This document shows positions 9,346-18,974 of a stretch of DNA of 64,000 nt, piece after piece. Positions within the stretch are counted from its first letter, which is position 1. Each line of letters opens with the position of its first letter. The stretch comes from Spirochaetia bacterium (lineage in GTDB: Bacteria > Spirochaetota > Spirochaetia > DSM-2461). Where the stretch lies: positions 256,001 through 320,000 of the forward strand of contig OY764216.1 of assembly GCA_963668315.1 (NCBI GenBank), in the 5' to 3' direction. The translations under genes and the position numbers were made by a program. The notes under the pieces are model-generated. The model was not told the DNA's origin. It saw only the letters and a list, made by a program, of their open reading frames with translations, and searched no databases.

Positions 9346-10065
9346 ATGAAAACAGAAATTTTTGCCCATAGAGGAGCCTCCGGCTATGCTCCGGAAAACA
9401 CCATGGCCGCCTTCGAGCTGGCGATAGAACAGGGCGCCCATGGTATTGAAACGGATGTCCACCTTACCAGGGACGGAAAGATTGTCATCACCCATGACCC
9501 CGTTCTGGGAAGAACGATTCCGGCTAAGGGATCCCTGAAAGATTATACCCTGGAAGAACTGAAGGAGTTCGGCTGCGGTGCCTGGTTCGGCCCGGAATTC
9601 GCCGGCGAAAAGATACCTGAGCTCAAGGATCTTCTGAACCTGATCAAGGACAGGGATATCCGTTTGAATATCGAAATTAAACTGGGCGGTCCCTACTACG
9701 AAGGGCTTGAAGCTAAACTGGCCGGGGAACTGGCGGGATGGGACATGGATGAGAGGATCATCATCTCATCCTTCAACCACTACTCTCTTCTGCTCATGGA
9801 GAAGCACCGTCCCTCCCTGGACCGGGGATTTCTGACGGCGTCCATGCTTATCGACAGCTGGGATTACGTGAAAAGGAACGGGGGGCAGGCACTCCACCCC
9901 CATTTTTCCTGCGTCACTCCCGACACGGCGGTATCCTGCCGCGACGCGGGAGTGGCCATCAACACCTATACGGTTAACAACCGGGACGAGGCCCGCAGGC
10001 TTATTCAGGCCGGAATAGACGGCATCATAACCAACTATCCCGATCAGATGCTGGCCCTGCTCTAG
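9346..10065 (+). CDS. Glycerophosphodiester phosphodiesterase
   Basis: AHRGASGYAPENTMAAF, IETDVHLTRDG, NIEIK, GIITNYP. Confidence 0.93.
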   Translation: MKTEIFAHRGASGYAPENTMAAFELAIEQGAHGIETDVHLTRDGKIVITHDPVLGRTIPAKGSLKDYTLEELKEFGCGAWFGPEFAGEKIPELKDLLNLIKDRDIRLNIEIKLGGPYYEGLEAKLAGELAGWDMDERIIISSFNHYSLLLMEKHRPSLDRGFLTASMLIDSWDYVKRNGGQALHPHFSCVTPDTAVSCRDAGVAINTYTVNNRDEARRLIQAGIDGIITNYPDQMLALL

Positions 10066-10081
10066 GGCAAGGCTGATTATC

Positions 10082-12988
10082 CTAGAGCAGGGATTTCCTG
10101 TTCTCCTTGAGAGCGGGCCAGCTCTGGGATGCTTTGTCCAGGAGAGATTCGCCGGAAATAACCGTAAGGGTCATTCCTTCCCAATGGGACGCCAGCGATT
10201 CGGCCGCCCGGCGGAGATCCTCCGGCTGCAGGGACAGAAGGGTATCCCTCTTTTCCTGTCGCAGTTGATCGGTGATGCCGTAAATGTCTCGTCTCATGGC
10301 CAGTATTCCCTTTTCCAGAGGAGCCAGAGGTTTCAGATCCTTCCCGATAACCCCGATGAGGGCTCTTTCCAGGTCTTCTCTGGTCAGCTGGCGGGGATAC
10401 TCCGTGAGCCCCTTGAGAAAGGTATCTATGGTTTTGACAATCTGCGGATCCCTGTAGGACGAGAAACTGAAATACCCGTCCAGCCCCGAAAGAGAAGCGG
10501 ACGCTCCGTAGGCTCCCCCTTTCATACGAACCTCTTCCCAGAGATAACCGGAACGGAGGAGGTGGGAGAGAACGAGCTGGGCCGAGTACTCCCGGGTCCC
10601 CAGCATGGCTCCCTTGATGGAAGCGCCGATATAGGAGACGTCGGCGGGTATCTTATAGGCTTCGATGCCATGCCCGTCCACGGCGGGGGCCGCAATAAAA
10701 CCGGAGCCCTTCCGCTCTCCCAGTCCGTCGAGCAGAGCTTCGGCTCGGCGCCGGAGGATCTCTCCCGAACCGGGGTCGCCGGTTACATTGACCAGACACT
10801 CCTGTCCCTGGAAAACCTTCTCCTTGATTCCCCAGAAAAGGGAACCCAGCCGTTTCATTTCGTCCTTCTTAACGGAGCAGGATGCCAGATGGAAATACTG
10901 GTCCAGGCCGTACCAGTGCTCTTCCAGAGCGGTGGAGGCCGTATAGCCGCGGACGGAGTGGGAAACGGCATAGGACGATCCGGAAGGAACGAAGGAGCTG
11001 CGGTAGTCGTTCTTCAGCTCAGAGAGCAGCTCCCCCATCCGCCGGGAATCGGAGAAATCCACCCGGGAGATAAATCTCTCGGCCAGATCCATTCCCTCTT
11101 CCAGCTGGGACTGAAGCATTCTGACCCGAATGACCAGATGGGATGTCAGGTTATCCGTCCCCAGAGTAGTGCCCGCTTCCAGAGAGGCGGTCAATCCTCC
11201 CAATTTCATGGCGATTTCCTGGGCGGCCTCGTGGTAACTCAGCCCGGGGAGGCCCACTTCAAAGAAAATCTGCGTAAAGAAGGGCAGCCAGAGAATCTCC
11301 TCATCGGTCAGATTGGAAAGGGGAAAGAAGAGATCAAGGTAAAGGATACCGTTGGTAAAAAACTCATGGCGGTAGAACGTACGCCCCCCTTCAACACTTT
11401 TCTCCGAGGGAATCGTGATGATTTCCCGGGGGATATCGTCCTGATGGAGACAGGGAACGACCGAAGGATCGTCCGGAGCTTCCTGAAACTCCCGGAGCTT
11501 TCTGTTGCTTTCCCTTATCCCATCGGCTTCTTCCCGGGTCAGGCCAGCCTGTGTTTCGTCCAGCTGCCGGCGGAGTTCCTCTTCCTTGCGGGACATCAGA
11601 TCCCCGTCGGGATAGACGGTGACATGGCTCCTGTGGGGATTGTCCAGAAGATAGGTCTTGATGAGGTTCTCAAAGTACCCCTTCTCCCGGGCTTCCTCTC
11701 TTATGATATTAATCCATTTTTCAAAGTAAAGTGTATCGCTGGGTCCCATGCCGTGAAGCCAGCCGCGGATGGACTTATGCATGAGACGGTAGCCGAAGGG
11801 GATCCCCCCGCGGATTTCCCTCTCCCGGAATTCCTGGCGGCGGAATGTTCCTTCAATCAGCTCTTCAGAAAGTCCCTCATTGACGATCTTCTCCAGGGTG
11901 GAGAAAACCAGGGCGGAGAATTTCTCGCCCTCTTCCCTTTCGGCCCCGCGGATTCCCACGGAAAACAGCGTCTCGTACAGGGCAAGATCCAGACCCGATA
12001 CGGGGGAAAGATCGTCGCCCAGCTCGGACTGCTCGATGGCCAGCTGCAGGGGCGCCCCGGAATTGCCCAGAAGGATGGCGGACAGGACCCGGAGAGCCGT
12101 CAGTACTTTCACACTGGTTACCGGCTCCAGAAGCCAGTTTATGGAGTGGGTTGATCCCGATTCATCCTCGGAGGCGGGAGCGGGCACGGAGAGATAACGC
12201 GGTTCGGTCCATCTTTTCTGCAGGGGAAATTCCACATTGATCTCTTTCCTGTCAAAGCGGGAAAGAAAATTCCTGTCCAGAAAATCCAGGGTCTTCTCGC
12301 CGGGGATGTCTCCGTAAAGGAAGATCCGGCAGTTGGACGGATGGTAATAGGTTTCGTGAAAAGCCCTGAACTGCTCGTAGGTCAGCTCGGGGATATGAAC
12401 GGGGTCTCCTCCCGCATCGTACTGAAGGGGGCCTTCGGTATAAAGGGAGCAGTAGGAATTCTCCGAAACGACGGAATCAAAGGAGGAGTAATCCCCCTTC
12501 ATCTCATTATAGACGATTCCCACCCTCTGCAGCCGGCCGTCCTCATCGAATTCCAGGTGATGTCCTTCCTGCTCGAAGGCCTCTTTTCTGAGGAGAGGAA
12601 AGAAGACGGCGTCCCCGTAAATCATCATCAGATTGAAAAAGTCCTTCTCCACCACGCTGGCGGCGGGGAATATGGTGTCGTCGCTGCCGGTTCCGGCGTT
12701 CAGATAGGTATTCATACTGCCCCGGTACAGGGTAATGAAGGGATCTTTTATATGAAAACGCTCCGATCCGCACAGGACGGTATGCTCCATGATATGGGCG
12801 ACACCGGTACTGTTCTCGGGGGGCGTGCGAAAGGCGAAGCAGAAAAGATTTTCCTCATCATCGCTGGCCACATGATAAACTTCACAGCCGCTTTTGATAT
12901 GCTCGAAGTGGGTACCCTTGCTTCTGTATTCCGAGAGATCGTTCTCTTCCAGTATTTTATAGGCGGGATGAACCGATTTTTGCGCCAT
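10082..12988 (-). CDS. Insulinase-family (M16C, presequence protease-like) zinc metallopeptidase
   Basis: GVAHIMEHTVLCGS (HxxEH), VYNEMKG, YYHPSN, EVRMKGGAYG, SYRDP. Confidence 0.92.
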   Translation of the reverse strand: MAQKSVHPAYKILEENDLSEYRSKGTHFEHIKSGCEVYHVASDDEENLFCFAFRTPPENSTGVAHIMEHTVLCGSERFHIKDPFITLYRGSMNTYLNAGTGSDDTIFPAASVVEKDFFNLMMIYGDAVFFPLLRKEAFEQEGHHLEFDEDGRLQRVGIVYNEMKGDYSSFDSVVSENSYCSLYTEGPLQYDAGGDPVHIPELTYEQFRAFHETYYHPSNCRIFLYGDIPGEKTLDFLDRNFLSRFDRKEINVEFPLQKRWTEPRYLSVPAPASEDESGSTHSINWLLEPVTSVKVLTALRVLSAILLGNSGAPLQLAIEQSELGDDLSPVSGLDLALYETLFSVGIRGAEREEGEKFSALVFSTLEKIVNEGLSEELIEGTFRRQEFREREIRGGIPFGYRLMHKSIRGWLHGMGPSDTLYFEKWINIIREEAREKGYFENLIKTYLLDNPHRSHVTVYPDGDLMSRKEEELRRQLDETQAGLTREEADGIRESNRKLREFQEAPDDPSVVPCLHQDDIPREIITIPSEKSVEGGRTFYRHEFFTNGILYLDLFFPLSNLTDEEILWLPFFTQIFFEVGLPGLSYHEAAQEIAMKLGGLTASLEAGTTLGTDNLTSHLVIRVRMLQSQLEEGMDLAERFISRVDFSDSRRMGELLSELKNDYRSSFVPSGSSYAVSHSVRGYTASTALEEHWYGLDQYFHLASCSVKKDEMKRLGSLFWGIKEKVFQGQECLVNVTGDPGSGEILRRRAEALLDGLGERKGSGFIAAPAVDGHGIEAYKIPADVSYIGASIKGAMLGTREYSAQLVLSHLLRSGYLWEEVRMKGGAYGASASLSGLDGYFSFSSYRDPQIVKTIDTFLKGLTEYPRQLTREDLERALIGVIGKDLKPLAPLEKGILAMRRDIYGITDQLRQEKRDTLLSLQPEDLRRAAESLASHWEGMTLTVISGESLLDKASQSWPALKENRKSLL

Positions 12989-13412
12989 ATTCAGGCTCCT
13001 TGATAGACGTGATTTGGGAAATATGCCTGCCCCGGCCTGTCTCCAACGAACCTTTCCAGTGACGGATATTTCCGAAGTCCATTACGTTGAAGTAGCCGTT
13101 GCGGCTCAGATATTCCGCAGCCTTGCGGGTCTCTTTGCGGTTTTTACCGCTGATGATAATAGTCAGAAACATATCTTCCACGGGCAGATAATCCATTTCC
13201 TCTCCGGGAAAGGATACGGCGCCGGGGATATGTCCCGCCTCATAAAGCTTTTTCGATCTGATATCGCATAGAAGAAAGTCATATTGATCCTGACTGTCCA
13301 GGAGACGGGCGAGTTTTCTATTAAGCTGTAGACGTTTTTTAATACTCTTCGTTCCGAACCAGACCGCTGCGATCAATACGGCGGCCAGGACAGGAACTAT
13401 TACAAAAATCAT
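12957..13412 (-). CDS. Membrane-anchored rhodanese-like domain protein
   Basis: N-terminal TM; LCDIRSKKLYEAGHIPGAVSFP; no catalytic-loop Cys seen. Confidence 0.75.
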   Translation of the reverse strand: MIFVIVPVLAAVLIAAVWFGTKSIKKRLQLNRKLARLLDSQDQYDFLLCDIRSKKLYEAGHIPGAVSFPGEEMDYLPVEDMFLTIIISGKNRKETRKAAEYLSRNGYFNVMDFGNIRHWKGSLETGRGRHISQITSIKEPEYGAKIGSSRL

Positions 13413-13485
13413 TGCAGTCCCATAGTAACACAGGCGCATGACAAAGGCTAGAAGCCCCGGTCTGCTCCCGGATAAAATAAGAGCG

Positions 13486-13510
13486 AAAAAAAACCCCGGG
13501 GATACCGGGG
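13486..13510 (-). terminator. Intrinsic terminator after rpsU
   Basis: CCCCGG/CCGGGG stem followed by an 8-nt U tract on the minus strand. Confidence 0.8.
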
Positions 13511-13547
13511 ATTCAGTTAATCAGGACGTAAGCCCTAGGATAAACGC

Positions 13548-13757
13548 TTAATAACCGCGGCCATTCTGCGCTTTTCTTGTTTTTTTATCCTGCTTTCTTT
13601 TCAGGGCTTTGTTTTTACGATTTTTGATGGTAGAAGGCTTTTCGAAGTATTCTCTCTTCTTCCACTCGCGGATAATACCTTCCTTTTCGACCTGACGCTT
13701 GAACCGCTTGATCGCTTTTTCCAGGATCTCGTCATCCCCAATCTTTACGTAGGCGAT
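13548..13757 (-). CDS. rpsU: 30S ribosomal protein bS21 (probable ATC start at 13757; ORF track uses GTG 13766)
   Basis: [31 protein letters not shown]; follows recJ and the M23 peptidase as in other spirochaetes. Confidence 0.95.
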   Translation of the reverse strand: MAYVKIGDDEILEKAIKRFKRQVEKEGIIREWKKREYFEKPSTIKNRKNKALKRKQDKKTRKAQNGRGY

Positions 13758-13793
13758 ATGAATCACCCCCTTTTTTTATAGAGTAAAGTTTTT

Positions 13794-14729
13794 TTACTCC
13801 ATATAAAGACTTTTGTCAATAAGGTTTGTATCCAAAAAGGGCATAGGATCAACGGCGACCCGGGAAATTCTCATTTCCCAGTGAAGATGGGGTCCAGTGG
13901 CGAGTCCGGTCATGCCCAGAGTCCCCACAATCTGCCCCGGTTCAACCATATCGCCCTCCCGGCATTTCAGCTCATCCAGGTGGTAATAAAGCACAAATAC
14001 ACCGGGAAGAAGTTCGAGCATAACCGTGTTCCCCGTAACGATTCTCTTCTCGGCCATGACGATTCGTCCCCGCCCGGCCGCTTTGACAGGGGTTCCCGTG
14101 GGAGCGGCCCAGTCCCAGCCGTTATGCAGGCTTTTCGCTTCAGAACCGTCATTGTACCGGTATATCCGGCGGCAGCCGAAATCGGTGGTGATTCTGTAAT
14201 CATCCATGGGAGAGACAAGGGAGCCCGTGGTGAACCGGCTCTCCCTGTCAAAGGAGGCAAGTACGGACCAGAGCTTCTGGGCCTGGGATGTCTTCTCCGG
14301 ATCTTCCTTGGTACGGATATCGGTGAGTTCCGTATTCAGGGCCAGAACCTCGGACGGGTACTCCAGAGGGGTAATTCCCAGTCTCTTCTCCATTATGACG
14401 ATTCCGCCGGACCCATCCATGCGGCAGTCCAGGGTATAGGTTCCCTCTTCCAGGTCGGAGGGGATTCCCAGCAGGGCGCACCAGACCGGTTCGGCCATGC
14501 CCTCGGCGGGATATAGAAAAAAGCGGCTTCGGGAAAAGACCCGGGTATCTCCCCGGGAAAGGGATATTTCCCCTCCGGAAAAAGCTTCCCCCTCTCCGGG
14601 AGTGACGAAAACCGTCATGCCCTTTCCCTGCTCGGCATAATCGCGGCAGATGATCACCCCGGCGGATAAAAGCACATGCGTTCCCAGTAAAAATAATCCG
14701 GCAAGAACCGTTTTTCTCCATCCGCTCAA
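13794..14729 (-). CDS. M23-family metallopeptidase
   Basis: Signal peptide; HNGWD (HxxxD), YYHL, TGPHLHWE; TTG overlaps the recJ stop. Confidence 0.9.
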   Translation of the reverse strand: MSGWRKTVLAGLFLLGTHVLLSAGVIICRDYAEQGKGMTVFVTPGEGEAFSGGEISLSRGDTRVFSRSRFFLYPAEGMAEPVWCALLGIPSDLEEGTYTLDCRMDGSGGIVIMEKRLGITPLEYPSEVLALNTELTDIRTKEDPEKTSQAQKLWSVLASFDRESRFTTGSLVSPMDDYRITTDFGCRRIYRYNDGSEAKSLHNGWDWAAPTGTPVKAAGRGRIVMAEKRIVTGNTVMLELLPGVFVLYYHLDELKCREGDMVEPGQIVGTLGMTGLATGPHLHWEMRISRVAVDPMPFLDTNLIDKSLYME

Positions 14730-16837
14730 TCTTCGCTCCTCTTTAAGTCCTGTATGTTCAGCTGAAGGGTCTGCCTGTTTCTGAAATAGTTCTTCTCCAG
14801 CTTGAAAAGTATATCAATATTATCATTGCGGTTAAAGTCTTTTTTGTAACGGTCCACGCTGTTCCAGTACAGGGCGGGCCATTTCTTATCGGCCGTGGAA
14901 AGGAGCATTTTCAAATGAACTCCCTCTTTGCCCACCAGCTCGATATTCTCAATCCCTATCCCGTTGGTCTGAAAAATGAGAGAGGGAAAGGCTTCGCCGT
15001 AGGGTTCCAGTTTATCAATAATGCGGTCCAGATCCTCGTTAAGATAGGGAGCGGGCAGCTCCGCGTCGACCTGAATGAAATCCTCCCTTACTTCGGGAAC
15101 GAAATCCTCCAGTTTCAGGATAAGTTCTTTCTTGAACCGGGAGAGGCTTTCGGTGGGCAGGGAAAAACCAGCGGCGAATTCGTGGCCGCCCCAGTCATCG
15201 AAGAGAAAGGCCAGCCGCTCCAAGAGAGAGGTAATGCCTCCCCCCTCCATGGCGCGGACCGACCCGGAAGCCGTCTGTTCTCCCAGGGAAAGGATCATGG
15301 CGGGAACATGGTAATACTGACTGTACCTTGCCGCCAGAATACCCGTAATCCCCCGGGGAATGCGGTCCGATGCCAGGTAGATAAGCTTCTCACCGCATTC
15401 GGCCAGGCTCTTCTCCGCTTCGGGGCGAAGTTCTTCCCACAGGGTATCCCCCACTTCCCTTCTCTTCCGGTAGAGTTCGTCTATCTGGTTAGCCATATCA
15501 TAGATCTGCCTGTCGTCGTCGGAGAGAAGGAACTCCACGGCCAGATCGGCCCTGTCCATACGGCCCGCCCCGTTGAGCCAGGGAGCCACATACCAGCTCA
15601 AGTCTTCGGCTCTGACAGTCCGGTCCAGCAGTTTACGCCTCAAGAGGATCTCCCGCAGGTTCTTCCGCATAGTCCGGTTCAGGAGGTCCATGCCTCTTTT
15701 CACCAGGATGCGGTTCTCATTGACCAGGGGCATCATGTCCGCGACGGTCCCCAGGGCGACCAGATCCAGAGAGTTGGCCCATACCTGGAACCGGTTGTTC
15801 TCTTTTTTGAGAAACAGGGAAACAAACAGACTGGCCAGGACATCCACAAGACACCCGCCGTCCATCCCGTAAAGGGCCATACGGCTCCTCTCCTGAAGCT
15901 GGGGAAGAGTCTGCCCGCGCAGGGACGGGAAACTGTGATAGATATCCTGCTTCAGATCGAAAAGATGGATATCGAACCCCTGACCGAGATAGAGTGTCAA
16001 CCGTCTTTTCTCCTCCGGTTCGGAGAAGACGAAGATGGGCTGCCCCCTAAGGAAATCCACCATTTTCATGGCCCCCTCTTCCCCTTCCCCCGAGCGGATA
16101 ATCAGCCGGGAGGTCGTACGGAGGTTCAGCATTTTCACCATCTCGATAACCAGTTCCTCCCCCTCCTGGCGGGTGACGAGAAAAACCATGTTCTGGTTAT
16201 AGTAATCGCTGCCCGACAATGCGAGCGCCCAGAGGACCTTGGAAACCACTCCGCATCCGGCCAGTTCCCTGAAGGGATAGGCCGTATCGGGGATTTTGGG
16301 ATTGATGACAGCCAGTGCATCGGGCAGGGTATCCCGGCATTCGTGATGATCGAAGATCAGCGTATCCACTCCCAGTTCATTGGCCCGGTCCACTTCGGCG
16401 AAACTGGTTATGCCGTTATCTACCGTAATAATGAGAGAGCCCCCCTGGGCGGCGAAATCCTCCACGGCCTGAACGGAAAGCCCGTAGGTTTCCCCCTCGG
16501 CGGGTACGCGCCATTCCGGCTCCAGATCCATGGCCCGGAGGGCTTTGACGATAAGCACGGTAGAGGTCATGCCGTCCACATCACGGTCGCCGAATACCAG
16601 GACTTTCTCGCTCTCCTCCCGGGCGGCGTGAAGACGGTCCACCACGGTCTCCATATCTTCAAAGAGAAAAGGGTTGTGAAGATAACGCAGATCCTCTTCC
16701 AGAAAATAGCATATTTCCGATGGCTCCTTGATATCTCGCCGTATAAGGATAGACGCGGTAAGGGTATCAATGCCGAATTTTCGGGAAATGTCCCGCACCT
16801 CATCGGAAAGGATAGGCTTTTTTTTCCAGTCCGTCAT
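14726..16837 (-). CDS. recJ: Single-stranded-DNA exonuclease RecJ
   Basis: GDRDVDG, ITVDNG, DHH, LAGCGV, LGTVAD, GGHEFAAG. Confidence 0.95.
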   Translation of the reverse strand: MTDWKKKPILSDEVRDISRKFGIDTLTASILIRRDIKEPSEICYFLEEDLRYLHNPFLFEDMETVVDRLHAAREESEKVLVFGDRDVDGMTSTVLIVKALRAMDLEPEWRVPAEGETYGLSVQAVEDFAAQGGSLIITVDNGITSFAEVDRANELGVDTLIFDHHECRDTLPDALAVINPKIPDTAYPFRELAGCGVVSKVLWALALSGSDYYNQNMVFLVTRQEGEELVIEMVKMLNLRTTSRLIIRSGEGEEGAMKMVDFLRGQPIFVFSEPEEKRRLTLYLGQGFDIHLFDLKQDIYHSFPSLRGQTLPQLQERSRMALYGMDGGCLVDVLASLFVSLFLKKENNRFQVWANSLDLVALGTVADMMPLVNENRILVKRGMDLLNRTMRKNLREILLRRKLLDRTVRAEDLSWYVAPWLNGAGRMDRADLAVEFLLSDDDRQIYDMANQIDELYRKRREVGDTLWEELRPEAEKSLAECGEKLIYLASDRIPRGITGILAARYSQYYHVPAMILSLGEQTASGSVRAMEGGGITSLLERLAFLFDDWGGHEFAAGFSLPTESLSRFKKELILKLEDFVPEVREDFIQVDAELPAPYLNEDLDRIIDKLEPYGEAFPSLIFQTNGIGIENIELVGKEGVHLKMLLSTADKKWPALYWNSVDRYKKDFNRNDNIDILFKLEKNYFRNRQTLQLNIQDLKRSED

Positions 16838-18144
16838 AAAGCCTTGATTTCCTGAAGAATAAGGGATTTCCCTTCGGGACGCTCCCTTCCGATAACGTAG
16901 GCATTCTTAATCATCTCCCGAACAACCTTCCCCGTCTCCTCCGACTCGGCCCAGATGCGCACGAGGCTCTCTCCGGCCGATACGGGATCGCCTTTTTTCT
17001 TCAGAAGTTCATATCCTACCAGGGGTTCAACACTGTCTTCCGTCCTGTTGCGGCCGACGCCCAGGGGGATGCCGGCCATTCCCAGGGCGTAGGAATCAAT
17101 CGAGGTCACATACCCCTCCTCCCGGGCGGGCAGTTCCAGAGAACAGGCGGCCCGCGCCTTGTTCTCCATGGCCAGAAGCTTATCCCTGTCGCCGCCCTGG
17201 AGGGTAACATTTTCCAGAAATTTCTCCATGGCAGAACCGTCAGCTATCCGGGCGCGGCACAGGGCAAGGGCTTCCTCCACGGTGGAGGCGATTCCTCCGG
17301 CCACCACCATCCAGGCGGTAAGGCGCAGGGTCACTTCCATCAGGTCTTCGGGACCTTCCCCCCGCAGACAGGCAAGGGATTCCTCCACTTCCAGAAAATT
17401 TCCCACCTTGCGGCCCAGCGGTTCATCCATATCGGTGATAACCGCCACGATCTTTCGGTCCAGGCTCCGGCCCGTCTCAACAAGACTCACCGCCAGCCTT
17501 TCCGCGTCTTCCCGGGTCTTCATAAAGGCCCCGGCTCCGCACTTCACGTCGAAGATCAGCGACTGGGCTCCTTCGGCGAATTTCTTGCTCATGATGCTGG
17601 CCGTGATCAAGGGAACGGACTCCACGGTTCCGGTCACATCCCGCAGGGCGTACATGAGCCGGTCGGCGGGAACCACATCTTTACTTTGTCCGGTCATGGC
17701 GAAGCCGATATCCTCCAGGCCCCTGCGGAACAGGTCTTCGGAAATCACCGACCGGTATCCGGGAATGGAGTCAAGCTTATCCAGGGTCCCCCCCGTATGG
17801 CCCAGGGCCCGGCCGCTCATCATGGGAACTTTCACTCCGCAGGCCGCCGCCAGAGGCGCCAGAATAAGGGAAACCTTATCCCCCACACCGCCGGTGGAGT
17901 GCTTGTCCACCAGGGGGCCGCCCACGGAAGAGAGATGAAAGACTTTTCCCGAATCGATCATGGCCCTGGTGAGAAAGCCGGTCTCTTCAAAAGACATTCC
18001 CTGAAAGTACACGGCCATAAGCCAGGCGGATATCTGATAGGCGGGGATCTCTTCGGACACGTAGCCCTTCACAAGAAAGCCGATTTCCTCGGCCGTCAGC
18101 TCCCCTCCGTTCCTTTTCTTCAATATCAAATCGGTCATTCTCAT
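16834..18144 (-). CDS. pdp: Pyrimidine-nucleoside (thymidine) phosphorylase
   Basis: DKHSTGGVGDK, MSGRALGHTGGTLDKL, ALRDVTGTV, ASIMSKK. Confidence 0.93.
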   Translation of the reverse strand: MRMTDLILKKRNGGELTAEEIGFLVKGYVSEEIPAYQISAWLMAVYFQGMSFEETGFLTRAMIDSGKVFHLSSVGGPLVDKHSTGGVGDKVSLILAPLAAACGVKVPMMSGRALGHTGGTLDKLDSIPGYRSVISEDLFRRGLEDIGFAMTGQSKDVVPADRLMYALRDVTGTVESVPLITASIMSKKFAEGAQSLIFDVKCGAGAFMKTREDAERLAVSLVETGRSLDRKIVAVITDMDEPLGRKVGNFLEVEESLACLRGEGPEDLMEVTLRLTAWMVVAGGIASTVEEALALCRARIADGSAMEKFLENVTLQGGDRDKLLAMENKARAACSLELPAREEGYVTSIDSYALGMAGIPLGVGRNRTEDSVEPLVGYELLKKKGDPVSAGESLVRIWAESEETGKVVREMIKNAYVIGRERPEGKSLILQEIKAL

Positions 18145-18173
18145 ACAATAATCCTCCTCAATGGGGACACCCG

Positions 18174-18971
18174 CTAAAGGGCATGACCCGATAACTGTTC
18201 ATAATCGGTGGCGGAAAAAAACCGGATATAGGGTTTCTCCGTCAGCAGATTTTCCATATCCAGACCGTAGAGACGGCTGATATATCCCGTAACCGACGCC
18301 CGGCCGGAGAGTCCGGCAGCGGCAAGAGCCTGGTCCAGCCCTGTCCCCTTCTTTATCATATTCGCGGCCCGGGCAAGCTTCACCGTAAAAAGAAAATGGG
18401 TCAGGGGAATCCCGGAAAGATGAAAGAATGATTTTTCCAGCTCGCCGTCGGACATGTTAAAACAGCCCGCCAGGGCCCTTATATTCAGATTTTCCCGGGC
18501 CATTGATTCGACCTGTTTGAAAATTCGGTTAAGCTCCACGCTCCATCCCAGGGAGTAGGACTTGATTCCCAGAAGATGGGAGAGCAGAAATTCCCATAAT
18601 TCCCGGATCCGATAGGGGGAAAATTCGCTGTCAAGACCAAGACCGAGGGAATCCATCCTGTCAAAACCGGATGTTCCGCACAGCCAGGTTTTACCCGACT
18701 CACCGATGGTCCGGCTAATGAGCTGAGCCAACCGGGACTCGGGATGGAGATAACCGAAAAACTGCCATCCCCTGCTCCCGTCAATGGTATGATCCACTCC
18801 GGGCCCCAGGGCCAGAAGAGAGCATTCAAAGGATTCTCCCCCCACACTCACCTTCATGGGACCGTTAAAGGATGCGGCCACCTCCACGGAATCATGGGAA
18901 AACTCTTCAGGCTCGTTGATAATTCCCATGCCCAGGAGATACCCCAGGAACAGCCAATAGTCCTGCCTCAA
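18174..18971 (-). CDS. Degenerate AraC-family HTH protein
   Basis: TTG start with GAGGAG SD; cupin-like N-terminus and a weak AraC double-HTH pattern (LAGCFNMS...GIPLTHFL...KLARAA). Confidence 0.55.
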   Translation of the reverse strand: MRQDYWLFLGYLLGMGIINEPEEFSHDSVEVAASFNGPMKVSVGGESFECSLLALGPGVDHTIDGSRGWQFFGYLHPESRLAQLISRTIGESGKTWLCGTSGFDRMDSLGLGLDSEFSPYRIRELWEFLLSHLLGIKSYSLGWSVELNRIFKQVESMARENLNIRALAGCFNMSDGELEKSFFHLSGIPLTHFLFTVKLARAANMIKKGTGLDQALAAAGLSGRASVTGYISRLYGLDMENLLTEKPYIRFFSATDYEQLSGHAL

Positions 18972-18974
18972 TCA

